49,067 nucleotides of DNA from a virus. Its lineage: Duplodnaviria; Caudoviricetes. Positions 31,106-39,017 of the stretch are shown here, one piece after another. The notes below the pieces were generated by a model. The model was not told the DNA's origin. It did no database searches and saw only the letters and a program-made list of their open reading frames with translations. Made by a program: the position numbers and the translations under genes. Position 1 is the stretch's first letter; each line of letters opens with the position of its first letter. The stretch covers positions 1-49,067 of IMG/VR virus record IMGVR_UViG_3300044825_000433, one strand, 5' to 3'.

Positions 31106-31332
31106 TTCTTCTCGGACGGGGTTACGACCGACGGATTGAACTGTGGCGCAGGTCTGCCCAAGCTCTCAATACCCTGTGCGGTCATGATGCGGAAGTCTGC
31201 CCATTTCTTTTGATAAGAAGGATCTTCTGTCGGAGGAACCCAACCTGCCTTGCGCCAGCGGATCGTGATGTCCGTCGTTGAGGGCGTGTAGACATAGTTG
31301 TCGTTTAAAGTCATTCCGTTCTTGGTGTTCAT
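31090..31332 (-). CDS. Hypothetical protein
   Basis: Overlaps both neighbours in a tightly packed operon. Confidence 0.55.
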   Translation of the reverse strand: MNTKNGMTLNDNYVYTPSTTDITIRWRKAGWVPPTEDPSYQKKWADFRIMTAQGIESLGRPAPQFNPSVVTPSEKKWKEK

Positions 31333-31562
31333 TTCTGCCTCGTCTGATCAATCAATCTACGTATCTCAGCTACCGGGATGTCCAACTTCTCATGAATCAA
31401 AAGAATCATGTTGGCAGACACCGACATCCTTCTGTTACGTATCTTGCTAATGACTGGGGGTAACACATCAAAGTACTCAGCCAGTTGCCTGTCGTTCTTT
31501 AAACCTAACTTCTTCAACAAGTAATCGACCAATGCGTTCGGTTGCAGTTTCTTCTCTTCCAT
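31329..31562 (-). CDS. Small HTH DNA-binding protein
   Basis: PNALVDYLLKKLGLKNDRQLAEYFDVLPPVISKIRNRR, an XRE-like HTH. ATG 31562 with a GAGG RBS. Confidence 0.75.
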   Translation of the reverse strand: MEEKKLQPNALVDYLLKKLGLKNDRQLAEYFDVLPPVISKIRNRRMSVSANMILLIHEKLDIPVAEIRRLIDQTRQK

Positions 31563-31563
31563 T

Positions 31564-32115
31564 TCAAGCCTCATTATGTGTCGTTTTCTCATACGATCTT
31601 GGAGGTTTAACAGCCTGAATGATGAACGCGAACTTGTCATTGTTCTCATCGATCATGATGGGAACAAAGTCAGCCTTATATATATCACGAAAATCACTCA
31701 TTGCCGTTTTCCCAACACCAGCTTCGTATGCTTCTTGGTTTAGGAATATCAATTGCTCTTTTTGCATTATGCGAGTATGGCTTGGATCTCCCCATGCCCA
31801 CACAGAATGACGAGAAGGACAAGTAGCAAGTAGTCTCCCGCCGGGTTTCAACAGTCGCCAGAACTCAGAGAACTGTTTAAAGAAGAACTTGTAATCCCCC
31901 TGTGCCCCGGTATGCTCCAACACCTCATATGCATGTATCTCATCAAAGGTATTGTCATCAAACGGCAGAGGCATTTCCATCAAGTCCCAAAGGACATCTG
32001 GATTATGAAGTTCGCAGTGATCAAGGGTGGTCACATTGCTCCATTCCTTGGACCCATCGGCAGTTAGTTTCTTTCTGGTGTCGGAACCGCAACCGATCAA
32101 GAGTTCTCTTTTCAT
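31564..32115 (-). CDS. Class I SAM-dependent methyltransferase (type 11-like)
   Basis: LLIGCG motif I, LPFDDNTFDEI...VLEH and RLLKPGG. No NPPY or PC DNA-MTase motif. Confidence 0.85.
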   Translation of the reverse strand: MKRELLIGCGSDTRKKLTADGSKEWSNVTTLDHCELHNPDVLWDLMEMPLPFDDNTFDEIHAYEVLEHTGAQGDYKFFFKQFSEFWRLLKPGGRLLATCPSRHSVWAWGDPSHTRIMQKEQLIFLNQEAYEAGVGKTAMSDFRDIYKADFVPIMIDENNDKFAFIIQAVKPPRSYEKTTHNEA

Positions 32116-32213
32116 TCGACGAAATTAGAAAATATGTAGACGACACCCATGACGATGAGCAACCCAATTCCAAGAGCCATCAAGGTAAGTCCTATGTATT
32201 CAAAGGCGTTCAT
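32112..32213 (-). CDS. Small membrane peptide (33 aa)
   Basis: MNAFEYIGLTLMALGIGLLIVMGVVYIFSNFVE, with ATGA overlaps on both sides. Confidence 0.55.
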   Translation of the reverse strand: MNAFEYIGLTLMALGIGLLIVMGVVYIFSNFVE

Positions 32214-32419
32214 GATTTCTCCATCCAGTTTTTCATCTTCTCTCCAATCCAAAAACCAGCCTCGTTCTTGGACATCCCTTTCTGCGTCATCTCCTCTGGT
32301 GTCAGACATCTCCTGCCCTCCCCGTACTTGCCGGTTCTGTGTTTGTCAAACGCACCAAGGCTATTGAAGTATTCCTTACACCCTCCGCATTGGTTCCTAT
32401 TCCCCTTCAATAACTTCAT
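32210..32419 (-). CDS. Zn-binding protein with FDxHR motif
   Basis: CGGC...FNSLGAFDKHR...RRCL. Confidence 0.7.
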   Translation of the reverse strand: MKLLKGNRNQCGGCKEYFNSLGAFDKHRTGKYGEGRRCLTPEEMTQKGMSKNEAGFWIGEKMKNWMEKS

Positions 32420-32705
32420 TTTTGATTAACCTTTCCAAGTCTTCGTTAATCAGTTCCGCAAAGGATTTCCCTGAGGGGAAGCGCATCTTGGTGGCGTTGT
32501 TCTCTTCTACAACTATCATCGCTTTCTTCACCGCATCGTTGAATCCAGCGACGTAAGGATTCTCTTCAGTCATCCTTTGTTCAACGCCCTCCCTGATTAA
32601 CTGGTTCATAGACATCCCATGCTTTTTGGAAAACTGTTTGATGCGCCGCATGGTTGCTTCATCAAAGTAGACAACAAATTGTTTATTTAAAAGGGTCGTC
32701 GCCAT
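32397..32705 (-). CDS. Ribbon-helix-helix DNA-binding protein
   Basis: QFVVYFDEATMRRIKQFSKKHGMSMNQLIREGV fits the strand-helix-helix pattern. Confidence 0.65.
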   Translation of the reverse strand: MATTLLNKQFVVYFDEATMRRIKQFSKKHGMSMNQLIREGVEQRMTEENPYVAGFNDAVKKAMIVVEENNATKMRFPSGKSFAELINEDLERLIKNEVIEGE

Positions 32706-33078
32706 ATTTAAAGTCCTCGTATTCCTTGACTAGTGAGTCAAAGATTTGCTTGGCGTGTTCGTTCCCATGAAGTTCAGTGCGAGATTGAATGCCACATCGT
32801 CGGCAAAGTTCATTCGCCGCATTGTCTTCTGAGTCAACGTCGAGGAACTCCCAGAAGCTTTCATCCCGGCAGAGCATTCCTGCCTTCTGCGTCCTGTTGT
32901 TGTACTTCGTGGGAGACTCATCATCCTGAATCCTGACCAGCGCACACCCATACCTTGCCCCGACAAAATCCCTCAACAACTCTTCAGGGATCTCGTCAGG
33001 GTGTATTGCCAAGGTGAGAATGAAGCCGGTTCGGTCCTGCTTTAAAGCAACCTTCCTTGCTTCAAACTGGAGTGCCAT
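32683..33078 (-). CDS. Conserved hypothetical phage protein
   Basis: Coupled to neighbours; C-terminal LCRRCGIQSRTEL motif. Confidence 0.6.
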   Translation of the reverse strand: MALQFEARKVALKQDRTGFILTLAIHPDEIPEELLRDFVGARYGCALVRIQDDESPTKYNNRTQKAGMLCRDESFWEFLDVDSEDNAANELCRRCGIQSRTELHGNEHAKQIFDSLVKEYEDFKYGDDPFK

Positions 33079-33437
33079 CAGCGACCCCCCATCTTGTGTT
33101 CGAGGTAGCTGATCACGGACTCATACCCGGTTGCCTGATGATGCAGGTTATCAACTTGTATCTGAAGCTCTGCAATCTTGTTGGCTTGTCTCTCGATGAT
33201 CTCGTGTAAACGCACGATCTCATCTGCCGCAACTTCCTTAACTTTGGTCATGATTTTCTTCTTTCTTCTTTTAAATTTCCGCACCTTCGGATGTTTTTGT
33301 TTGTACCGCCAGTCAGACAACCATGAACGCGCATATGACAAAGGCATCCCTTCCACTGCCGCTGCGATCTGCTCTGGCTTGGCATCAGGGTTTTGCTCCA
33401 TGAACTCTCTGGCGCGTTGTGCTTTAGTCTTCTCCAT
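33078..33437 (-). CDS. Hypothetical protein (basic N-terminal half, coiled-coil C-terminus)
   Basis: AAGGAG RBS; TGATG coupling to the next gene. Confidence 0.6.
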   Translation of the reverse strand: MEKTKAQRAREFMEQNPDAKPEQIAAAVEGMPLSYARSWLSDWRYKQKHPKVRKFKRRKKKIMTKVKEVAADEIVRLHEIIERQANKIAELQIQVDNLHHQATGYESVISYLEHKMGGR

Positions 33438-33446
33438 GATGTCTCC

Positions 33447-33593
33447 TTAGAAACAATTGGTTGTGCAACTAGCCCCATAGCAGCAGGTAGTGCAGATGAC
33501 TGTCTTACCGTTGATGAAGTAGGTATGGGAAGTGCAGTTAGCCCAGACCAGCGTGGCAGTTGTCATTGCCCAGATTGCGATTAATGCTTTCAT
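33447..33593 (-). CDS. Small secreted six-cysteine peptide (48 aa; absent from ORF track)
   Basis: GAGGAG RBS. MKALIAIWAMTTATLVWA-NCTSHTYFINGKTVICTTCCYGASCTTNCF. Confidence 0.7.
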   Translation of the reverse strand: MKALIAIWAMTTATLVWANCTSHTYFINGKTVICTTCCYGASCTTNCF

Positions 33594-33603
33594 GGTTGTC
33601 TCC

Positions 33604-33885
33604 TCAGAAAGGGATTGGGTCGTTCATGTCATCATCCTTGGCTTGGTTCACATCATCTTTGCCCCTGCGTTTAATCGACAGAGACAGGTAGACATTGCCA
33701 GCCTTGGATGTTTTCTTCCAGCCAGACAGCGGGAATACGTAGTAACCATCAGGTGTCTTGGTTATGTTTGTCATGTCTTTCACATCGATGCAAAGCTCAC
33801 CCCAGTAATCCGGGGAAGTATCCTTGAGCTTGGACTTCGCTGCGTTGAGTCGTCCGTTGTCCTTCTTGTGTTCAAAGTCACTCAT
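33604..33885 (-). CDS. Single-stranded DNA-binding protein-like
   Basis: PDYWG...LSGWKK...YLSLSI and an acidic DDDMNDPIPF tail typical of SSBs. Confidence 0.7.
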   Translation of the reverse strand: MSDFEHKKDNGRLNAAKSKLKDTSPDYWGELCIDVKDMTNITKTPDGYYVFPLSGWKKTSKAGNVYLSLSIKRRGKDDVNQAKDDDMNDPIPF

Positions 33886-34108
33886 CTGCTTTCTCCTTCT
33901 TCAGTTGTTTAATTTCTCTCAACAAATCTTCAATCATCTTCAGATGCTCGTTGTGCCTTGCTTCCATCACTTCGCACACCCGTTTAAAGTCAAACTCCCA
34001 AGACTTCATTTGGAGTAAGAGCTTTTCCTTGTGCCACCAGACATAGTCGTCGGTGATCCCCTCAACCTTTATGCTGTCCTTTATTTCAAAAATCTTGTCT
34101 TTATCCAC
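33878..34108 (-). CDS. Hypothetical protein
   Basis: Operon-coupled ORF with a GGAG RBS. Confidence 0.5.
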   Translation of the reverse strand: MDKDKIFEIKDSIKVEGITDDYVWWHKEKLLLQMKSWEFDFKRVCEVMEARHNEHLKMIEDLLREIKQLKKEKADE

Positions 34109-34289
34109 TGTTCTTCTCCGGTTTGCTTTCCATACTTGCTCTGTAAACTATAAAGTTATGCTTATGTCCAAGCTTTACCATTTCTTCAGAAATAGCTGTC
34201 ACCACTTCTTGCTTTGCTGCGCTGCTTAAAGGGTAAAAACTAGCTATGCGAACGGTTATGACTACATCGTCTGTGGTTGCTTGGGTCAT
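34101..34289 (-). CDS. Hypothetical protein
   Basis: AAGGAG RBS and ATGA coupling. Confidence 0.5.
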   Translation of the reverse strand: MTQATTDDVVITVRIASFYPLSSAAKQEVVTAISEEMVKLGHKHNFIVYRASMESKPEKNSG

Positions 34290-34783
34290 GCGTTCTTCTC
34301 CTTCAGCTTGGCTTCGATGGCGCGGGTAAATGATCGCAGTCGTTGATCCACTTCCGTCCAGCAGGCATCTTCAATTTCCTCATCCGTCAGCCCTATGAAC
34401 TTGCGCTGTGGTGGGGCGGTGTAAAGCGGTTCACCATTGTCAACGCGGAATCCACCCTTGCCATCTCCATAAAAAAGGTTCGGTTTTTTAGTTGAGACAA
34501 GATAATCATCTCCCTCACCAATCGTATAGCGCCACGCCACCGGCTCCTGCTTTGGCTGCGCTGCTGATTCCAATTCCTCGATGCGCTTTGCCATGCGTTG
34601 CTGTTCCTCAACCATCACAGCCATCGCATCCCAGTCAGGATTGAATTCGTTCGCTAGTGCTGCGCGGAGGGCTTCTATTGCATGAGCGCTGCGGTAAAAA
34701 GCCGTTGGGTCGTCAATATCAATAGGCTTGCTTTCTTGAAGCGCATGCAGCGCCATCCGTGCCGCTTCTCGTAGCCCCGTCAT
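34286..34783 (-). CDS. Hypothetical phage protein (EPVAW...PLYTAP family)
   Basis: QEPVAW, PLYTAPPQR and GLTDEEI motifs common in proteobacterial phage accessory genes. Confidence 0.65.
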   Translation of the reverse strand: MTGLREAARMALHALQESKPIDIDDPTAFYRSAHAIEALRAALANEFNPDWDAMAVMVEEQQRMAKRIEELESAAQPKQEPVAWRYTIGEGDDYLVSTKKPNLFYGDGKGGFRVDNGEPLYTAPPQRKFIGLTDEEIEDACWTEVDQRLRSFTRAIEAKLKEKNA

Positions 34784-35505
34784 TTCTTGACCTTGGCTTT
34801 TGCCTGTTTAAATAGCTCAACCACCTCCCCATGCAGCTTGGGCAGAGCAGCCTTCAATTCATCAAGCTGAACCTGATTGTTTTTCCAGAAGGAAATCAGG
34901 TCTTCCTCGGTCTTGGACTCGCCAATGAAATCCCGGATGCCTTGGACAAATAATTCCAGCGAAGCAATGTCCTTGGCAGCATCCTGCGCGTCAGGGCTAT
35001 TTGCAGCCTTTGCCGCTGGCGTAGGAGGCGTTTTCTCCACATCCTCGGGTAGGTCCTCACCCGCATAGATATAAAGCCCCAAACCATGCAACGCTAAAGC
35101 CTTGGTCAGGCAGCGCATTATCGTTTTGTTAACCTCGAACGCATCAGGATCAGCAATGCATTTGTTCTTGAAGTCCATGATGGGCAGGAAGCAGGTCATG
35201 GGCTTGTTGAACATGGTGACTGTGACCCAGACCATGCCGCCGCCGTTAACATTCATATAAGGCTTCCCCTCGAACATGTGAACCATGAAGTTCGCCGTCG
35301 GGTCTGCCTTTAAAGCTTCTGCCCATGCCCATGCCCAAGATAGGTAGGTCAGGTTGCCTTTCTTCTCGGTGTGACTATTGACGTTCAGCTTCAGCAGTTC
35401 CACCGGGCTGCTTGCCCAGCCATTGGGAATATTGGTCACAATACTCTGCGACTCCACAGAAGTTTCCTGCGCAACGTCTTGGTTCTCCAATTCTTGATTC
35501 GACAT
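34780..35505 (-). CDS. Single-strand annealing protein, Sak3/DUF1071 family
   Basis: LNVNSHTEKKGNLTYLSWAWAW and MRCLTKALALHGLGLYIYAGEDLP. TAAGGAG RBS precedes ATG 35505, overlapping the exonuclease 3' end by 131 nt. Confidence 0.85.
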   Translation of the reverse strand: MSNQELENQDVAQETSVESQSIVTNIPNGWASSPVELLKLNVNSHTEKKGNLTYLSWAWAWAEALKADPTANFMVHMFEGKPYMNVNGGGMVWVTVTMFNKPMTCFLPIMDFKNKCIADPDAFEVNKTIMRCLTKALALHGLGLYIYAGEDLPEDVEKTPPTPAAKAANSPDAQDAAKDIASLELFVQGIRDFIGESKTEEDLISFWKNNQVQLDELKAALPKLHGEVVELFKQAKAKVKK

Positions 35506-36268
35506 AACCTTTCTCCTTAATCGCCAGTTCATTGGCTTCATCTAATGATTTAAACAAACGGATGGCAGTCTTCCTGCCCTCTCGCTTCACTGCATACACG
35601 GTCTCTGACATCCACCGTTCGGCATCGGAACACTGGGGCAGGTTCTCCCCTAGTTCCATTTGCATCTTAGAAAGCTGGTGCTGGTGCAATCTTTCCTTGA
35701 CGAATCTTTCAGTTACCTCAAAGTCCCACAGTGGGATCTCCAGCATATGGATGGGTGAGTCTGGGTAGTCTTCCCTTTTGTCATGGCGGGAGAAGTCGCG
35801 GATCATGGCGCAGATCTTCAGCCCTGCGACGGGCTTACCCTTGACCTTTTGCAACAACCACGCATAGACATTCAACTGCTCTTCCCACTCCACCTTGTCT
35901 TGCATCACCGCCCACGCGCTGGTGAACTTGTAGTCAATGATCACCACGCCCTCTGGGGTTTCCTGCTGGACATCAATCTGCCCAGAGATGGTCACCCCAT
36001 CGACCTCGCAGAAAAGACGCTCCTCTGTCACGAAGCCGGGGGATTGGCTTCTTTCAAACACGACATGGAGCGCAGAACCTAACAACTGCCACAGCATGTC
36101 AGCGACATCCTGCTCAATGTTCTCATTGTGCTTCTCCCTCAAACGCTTGACTCGCGGGGGAGAAAGCAACTCGGTCACGCTGTACTGCGACTTGCCTTTT
36201 GTGTAGTATTCTCTGGATGCAAGGGTGACCAGATTGTCTGGGACACCATACCGATTTGTGATCTTCAT
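35375..36268 (-). CDS. PD-(D/E)XK exonuclease (Cas4/RecB-like)
   Basis: GSALH, EERL, GQID, IIDYK and QLNVY motifs with C-terminal Cys cluster; adjacent to Sak3 and SSB. Confidence 0.85.
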   Translation of the reverse strand: MKITNRYGVPDNLVTLASREYYTKGKSQYSVTELLSPPRVKRLREKHNENIEQDVADMLWQLLGSALHVVFERSQSPGFVTEERLFCEVDGVTISGQIDVQQETPEGVVIIDYKFTSAWAVMQDKVEWEEQLNVYAWLLQKVKGKPVAGLKICAMIRDFSRHDKREDYPDSPIHMLEIPLWDFEVTERFVKERLHQHQLSKMQMELGENLPQCSDAERWMSETVYAVKREGRKTAIRLFKSLDEANELAIKEKGYVESRIGEPRRCAGNFCGVAEYCDQYSQWLGKQPGGTAEAERQ

Positions 36269-36284
36269 CTACCCTCCTACTTGT

Positions 36285-36728
36285 ATGTCCAAAGATAATA
36301 GTACTAGCTTCCCTCCAGCGCAAGCAATTTCTTTCACTATTTTTGGTGAGCCTGCCAGCAAGGCAAATTCAAGGCGGGTGGTACGGATCGGCGGGTCAAT
36401 GCGGGTGATCAAGTCGGAGAAGGCTTTGTTCTACTCCGATAGGTTTAAACAGCAATGCCCGCAGCATGAGTTGATTGAATGCGCTGTTGCCGTAAAGATA
36501 AAGATTTACTACGCCTCGCGTAAGCCAGACCTAGATGAGTCTTTGATTCTGGACTTGATGCAGGGGCTGATCTACCGGAACGACCGTCAGGTCAAGGAGA
36601 AACATATCTACTGGGCACTGGACAAGGAATGTCCAAGGGCAGAGATACTGGTTGAGCCTCTCCAAAAAAAAGCCTCCGAGTCACCGGAGGCTGAAGGAGA
36701 AAGAGCGGGTGACAAGCCCGCCCAGTAA
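36285..36728 (+). CDS. rusA: Holliday junction resolvase, RusA family
   Basis: GEPASKANSRR...PDLD...ILDLMQGLIYRNDRQV...PRAEI. The start codon is uncertain. Confidence 0.8.
   Translation: MSKDNSTSFPPAQAISFTIFGEPASKANSRRVVRIGGSMRVIKSEKALFYSDRFKQQCPQHELIECAVAVKIKIYYASRKPDLDESLILDLMQGLIYRNDRQVKEKHIYWALDKECPRAEILVEPLQKKASESPEAEGERAGDKPAQ
36295..36323 (-). promoter_or_regulatory. Sigma70-like promoter for the leftward recombination operon
   Basis: Minus strand TTGCGC-17 nt-TATTAT upstream of the exonuclease AGGAGG RBS; contains the palindrome TAGTACTA. Confidence 0.55.
36664..36692 (-). terminator. Intrinsic terminator (minus strand)
   Basis: AGCCTCCG-GTGACT-CGGAGGCT hairpin followed by a T run on the minus strand. 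Confidence 0.7.
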
Positions 36729-36892
36729 GTTTAAACGATCATTTTCTTTTTGCCAGAATGAAGGGGGGATGCGACCGTCCGCACCGTCCGCATGCCGTTT
36801 AAACGCAGGCTCATCCTGTGAGCCACCCCCAAATAAAAAAAGTGAGTTATGCACATCGATGTAAAAATAGGTTACCGCCACGCAAAAAAGTA

Positions 36893-36922
36893 TTGACAGC
36901 CCAGATTCCTCTGGAAAATAAT
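36893..36922 (+). promoter_or_regulatory. Sigma70-like rightward promoter
   Basis: TTGACA-18 nt-AATAAT. The spacer contains the inverted repeat CCAGA-TTCC-TCTGG. Confidence 0.55.
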
Positions 36923-36929
36923 GCGAACA

Positions 36930-37046
36930 GATCGATGTCGTGGAAACCATCGAGAGAAAACCGCTAGTTCAGACTCCGACCCCGTCTGGGGTGTCTCATC
37001 CGTAAGGTTGAGTTTTCCACCGGGGTCTGACCTAGCGGTTTTTTTT
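36930..37046 (+). ncRNA. Structured leader/antisense-type RNA with pseudoknot potential, ending in a U run
   Basis: Hairpin 36932-36953 with loop GTGGAAA. 22-bp stem 36957-36978/37021-37042 encloses two hairpins (one with a GTAA tetraloop) and TTTCCAC, which is complementary to that loop. Confidence 0.6.
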
Positions 37047-37323
37047 CGCCCCTCCATTACGTCCATCTCGGACTCCATCCGTCAGTAAGAACCTATCCCG
37101 GTTGCGTGGAAGAAAAGGGTACACGGTATGCCACTTCGGTGAGCGGGGGCAGATCCTAAACAATCCGTGGGACTGGTCGAATCGTCAGGTCTGGGGGCGC
37201 AGCGAAAGCTGGCATGACGATGCCTGTATAGGCGGGTGATACCTCTCCTCTCTTACTCTTGTTTGGGGTAGGGGGGGTCTTTGGGGTGATAAGTAATAAT
37301 TTATTAACATTCAGGGGAAAGAC

Positions 37324-37542
37324 ATGGGTCATGATGCAAAGGCAGAGCTTATTACTGCGCCGGTTTATCGCTTGGGGGAAGTCATGTATGTCCCGCACTA
37401 CCAAGATGACAGCAAGTTTGTTGGCCCCGGCTATAACTTGGTTAACTTCAGGGAGTACAGGTGGGATGAGTTGTTAGTGATGGGTGCTCGCAGGGATTCC
37501 TATCCTCTTCTGTCTCGCGGGAAAGCAAAGAAACATGGATAG
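37324..37542 (+). CDS. Hypothetical protein
   Basis: AGGGG RBS; first gene after the non-coding region. Confidence 0.5.
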   Translation: MGHDAKAELITAPVYRLGEVMYVPHYQDDSKFVGPGYNLVNFREYRWDELLVMGARRDSYPLLSRGKAKKHG

Positions 37543-37765
37543 GGAAACCATCATCCGCATGGTGCATGAGAGCGCATCTCAGATTGAAGACTATGAACAA
37601 TCCGATGAGCTACCAGAGGATGCCATTGAGTTTTTCATGCGCTTTGCCGAGCTAGTCGTAGAAACAGAGCGCGATAAGATGGCAAACCTTGTTGAGCAGA
37701 TGGGGATTGAGGGTTACGGAACTCTCGCCATCGCCGCAGCTATCAGAGCAAGGGGAGAACAATGA
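37535..37765 (+). CDS. Hypothetical protein (MDRETIIRM...AAIRARG type)
   Basis: ATG 37535 overlaps the previous stop; similar to 38045-38314. Confidence 0.6.
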   Translation: MDRETIIRMVHESASQIEDYEQSDELPEDAIEFFMRFAELVVETERDKMANLVEQMGIEGYGTLAIAAAIRARGEQ

Positions 37766-38043
37766 AAATAGTTATTAACAGAGATTACGGTGGGTTCAGT
37801 TTATCTGATGAGGCTACAAGACGATACGCAGAACTTAAAGGCGTTGAGGGCAAAGGATGGAACTGTCGCGGCGTGGATCGTGATGACCCAGTGCTAATCA
37901 AAGTAGTGGAAGAACTAGGTGACGCAGCAGATGGACAGTGCGCAAGCTTGGGCATTGTCGAAATACCAGATGGTGTTCAATGGCAGATAGAAGAATACGA
38001 CGGCAGGGAATGGGTTGCAGAAAAGCACAGGACTTGGAGTTGA
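37762..38043 (+). CDS. Conserved hypothetical phage protein
   Basis: MKIVINRDYGGFSLS...RDDPVLIKVVEELG...VEIPD...IEEYDGREW, a widespread phage family pattern. Confidence 0.75.
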   Translation: MKIVINRDYGGFSLSDEATRRYAELKGVEGKGWNCRGVDRDDPVLIKVVEELGDAADGQCASLGIVEIPDGVQWQIEEYDGREWVAEKHRTWS

Positions 38044-38044
38044 T

Positions 38045-38314
38045 ATGAACAGAGATGACATTATCCGCATGGCACGGGAATCTGGAATGCGTTTTCATAA
38101 AGAAGCGCCGACAGAAATTGAATATTTTTATGTGTACCCGGATGCGCTAGAACACTTTGCCAACCTAATCGCAGCAGCCGAGCGCAAAGCAGTGCTTGAA
38201 ATGATTGACGAGTTCGTTGGAATGGAGCGCGACAGAAACACCATGTTTTCTGATGGGCATGACTACGCTCTGCATCAAGTCACAGAATTCGTTCTCGCAA
38301 GGGGGCAGGGATGA
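38045..38314 (+). CDS. Hypothetical protein (MNRDDIIRMARE type)
   Basis: GGAG RBS; LEHFANLIAAAER motif. Confidence 0.6.
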   Translation: MNRDDIIRMARESGMRFHKEAPTEIEYFYVYPDALEHFANLIAAAERKAVLEMIDEFVGMERDRNTMFSDGHDYALHQVTEFVLARGQG

Positions 38315-38493
38315 CTGAGAGTGAAATTTTGAATTTGCCTAGATACAAACGTCCTATTTGCCGTTATTCAGTAATCAAAAGATGGTCGGCAGTCCCTTGG
38401 GAGTGTCACCATCGTGCTAAAACTGTTTATGATGGTTTGCCATTTTGCGCAACCCACGCAAGAATTTTAAGAAAACAAAAGGGGCAGGGATGA
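38311..38493 (+). CDS. Small Cys/His protein
   Basis: C...C...FCATH; ATGA-coupled on both sides. Confidence 0.5.
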   Translation: MTESEILNLPRYKRPICRYSVIKRWSAVPWECHHRAKTVYDGLPFCATHARILRKQKGQG

Positions 38494-39017
38494 TCGTTAA
38501 TTTAAATGCTCATGATCTAATCATGGCAGCACACCACGCAGGGGTCATCGAAGGTGTAAAGGCTACCCAGTTAAACCACGGGCAGGTAAACAACAATCGC
38601 ATCTCAAACCAAAGTGACTTTGCTATCCACTACGCAGGCATGTTGGGGGAAGTTGCAGTTAGCAAGGCACTGTTCATACCTATTAAAACAGAGATAACTA
38701 TAGGTGGGGATGGGAACGTCGATATGACCCATCACGGACAGACCATCCAAATAAAAACCAGCACACATCCTTATGTGCAGGGGGATAGATATTTAATATT
38801 CAACAGGCGAGAAGATTTTTCTACAGACTGGGCAGTTTTATGTTCCATTCAATCGCCAGCAGTGGTAAAAATACATGGGTTCATCAGCCAAAAAAAGTTT
38901 CTTCTTAACGCAGAGCAGTCTGATTTTGGCTATGGCATGAGATGTGTTGTCGCAGAAAAACATTTAACCAACATCGAACGATTTCATGAGGCAGTGAGCC
39001 ATGCGAAATTACCGTAA
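38490..39017 (+). CDS. Putative PD-(D/E)XK restriction-endonuclease-like protein
   Basis: GMLGEVAV...GDGNVD...IQIKTS spacing resembles the E...D...(E/Q)xK active site. Confidence 0.5.
   Translation: MIVNLNAHDLIMAAHHAGVIEGVKATQLNHGQVNNNRISNQSDFAIHYAGMLGEVAVSKALFIPIKTEITIGGDGNVDMTHHGQTIQIKTSTHPYVQGDRYLIFNRREDFSTDWAVLCSIQSPAVVKIHGFISQKKFLLNAEQSDFGYGMRCVVAEKHLTNIERFHEAVSHAKLP

Noticed and set aside
35375-35541. Programmed frameshift fusing the exonuclease and Sak3
   Set aside because: The overlap is explained by an independent ATG at 35505 with a strong TAAGGAG RBS, and no slippery site was seen.
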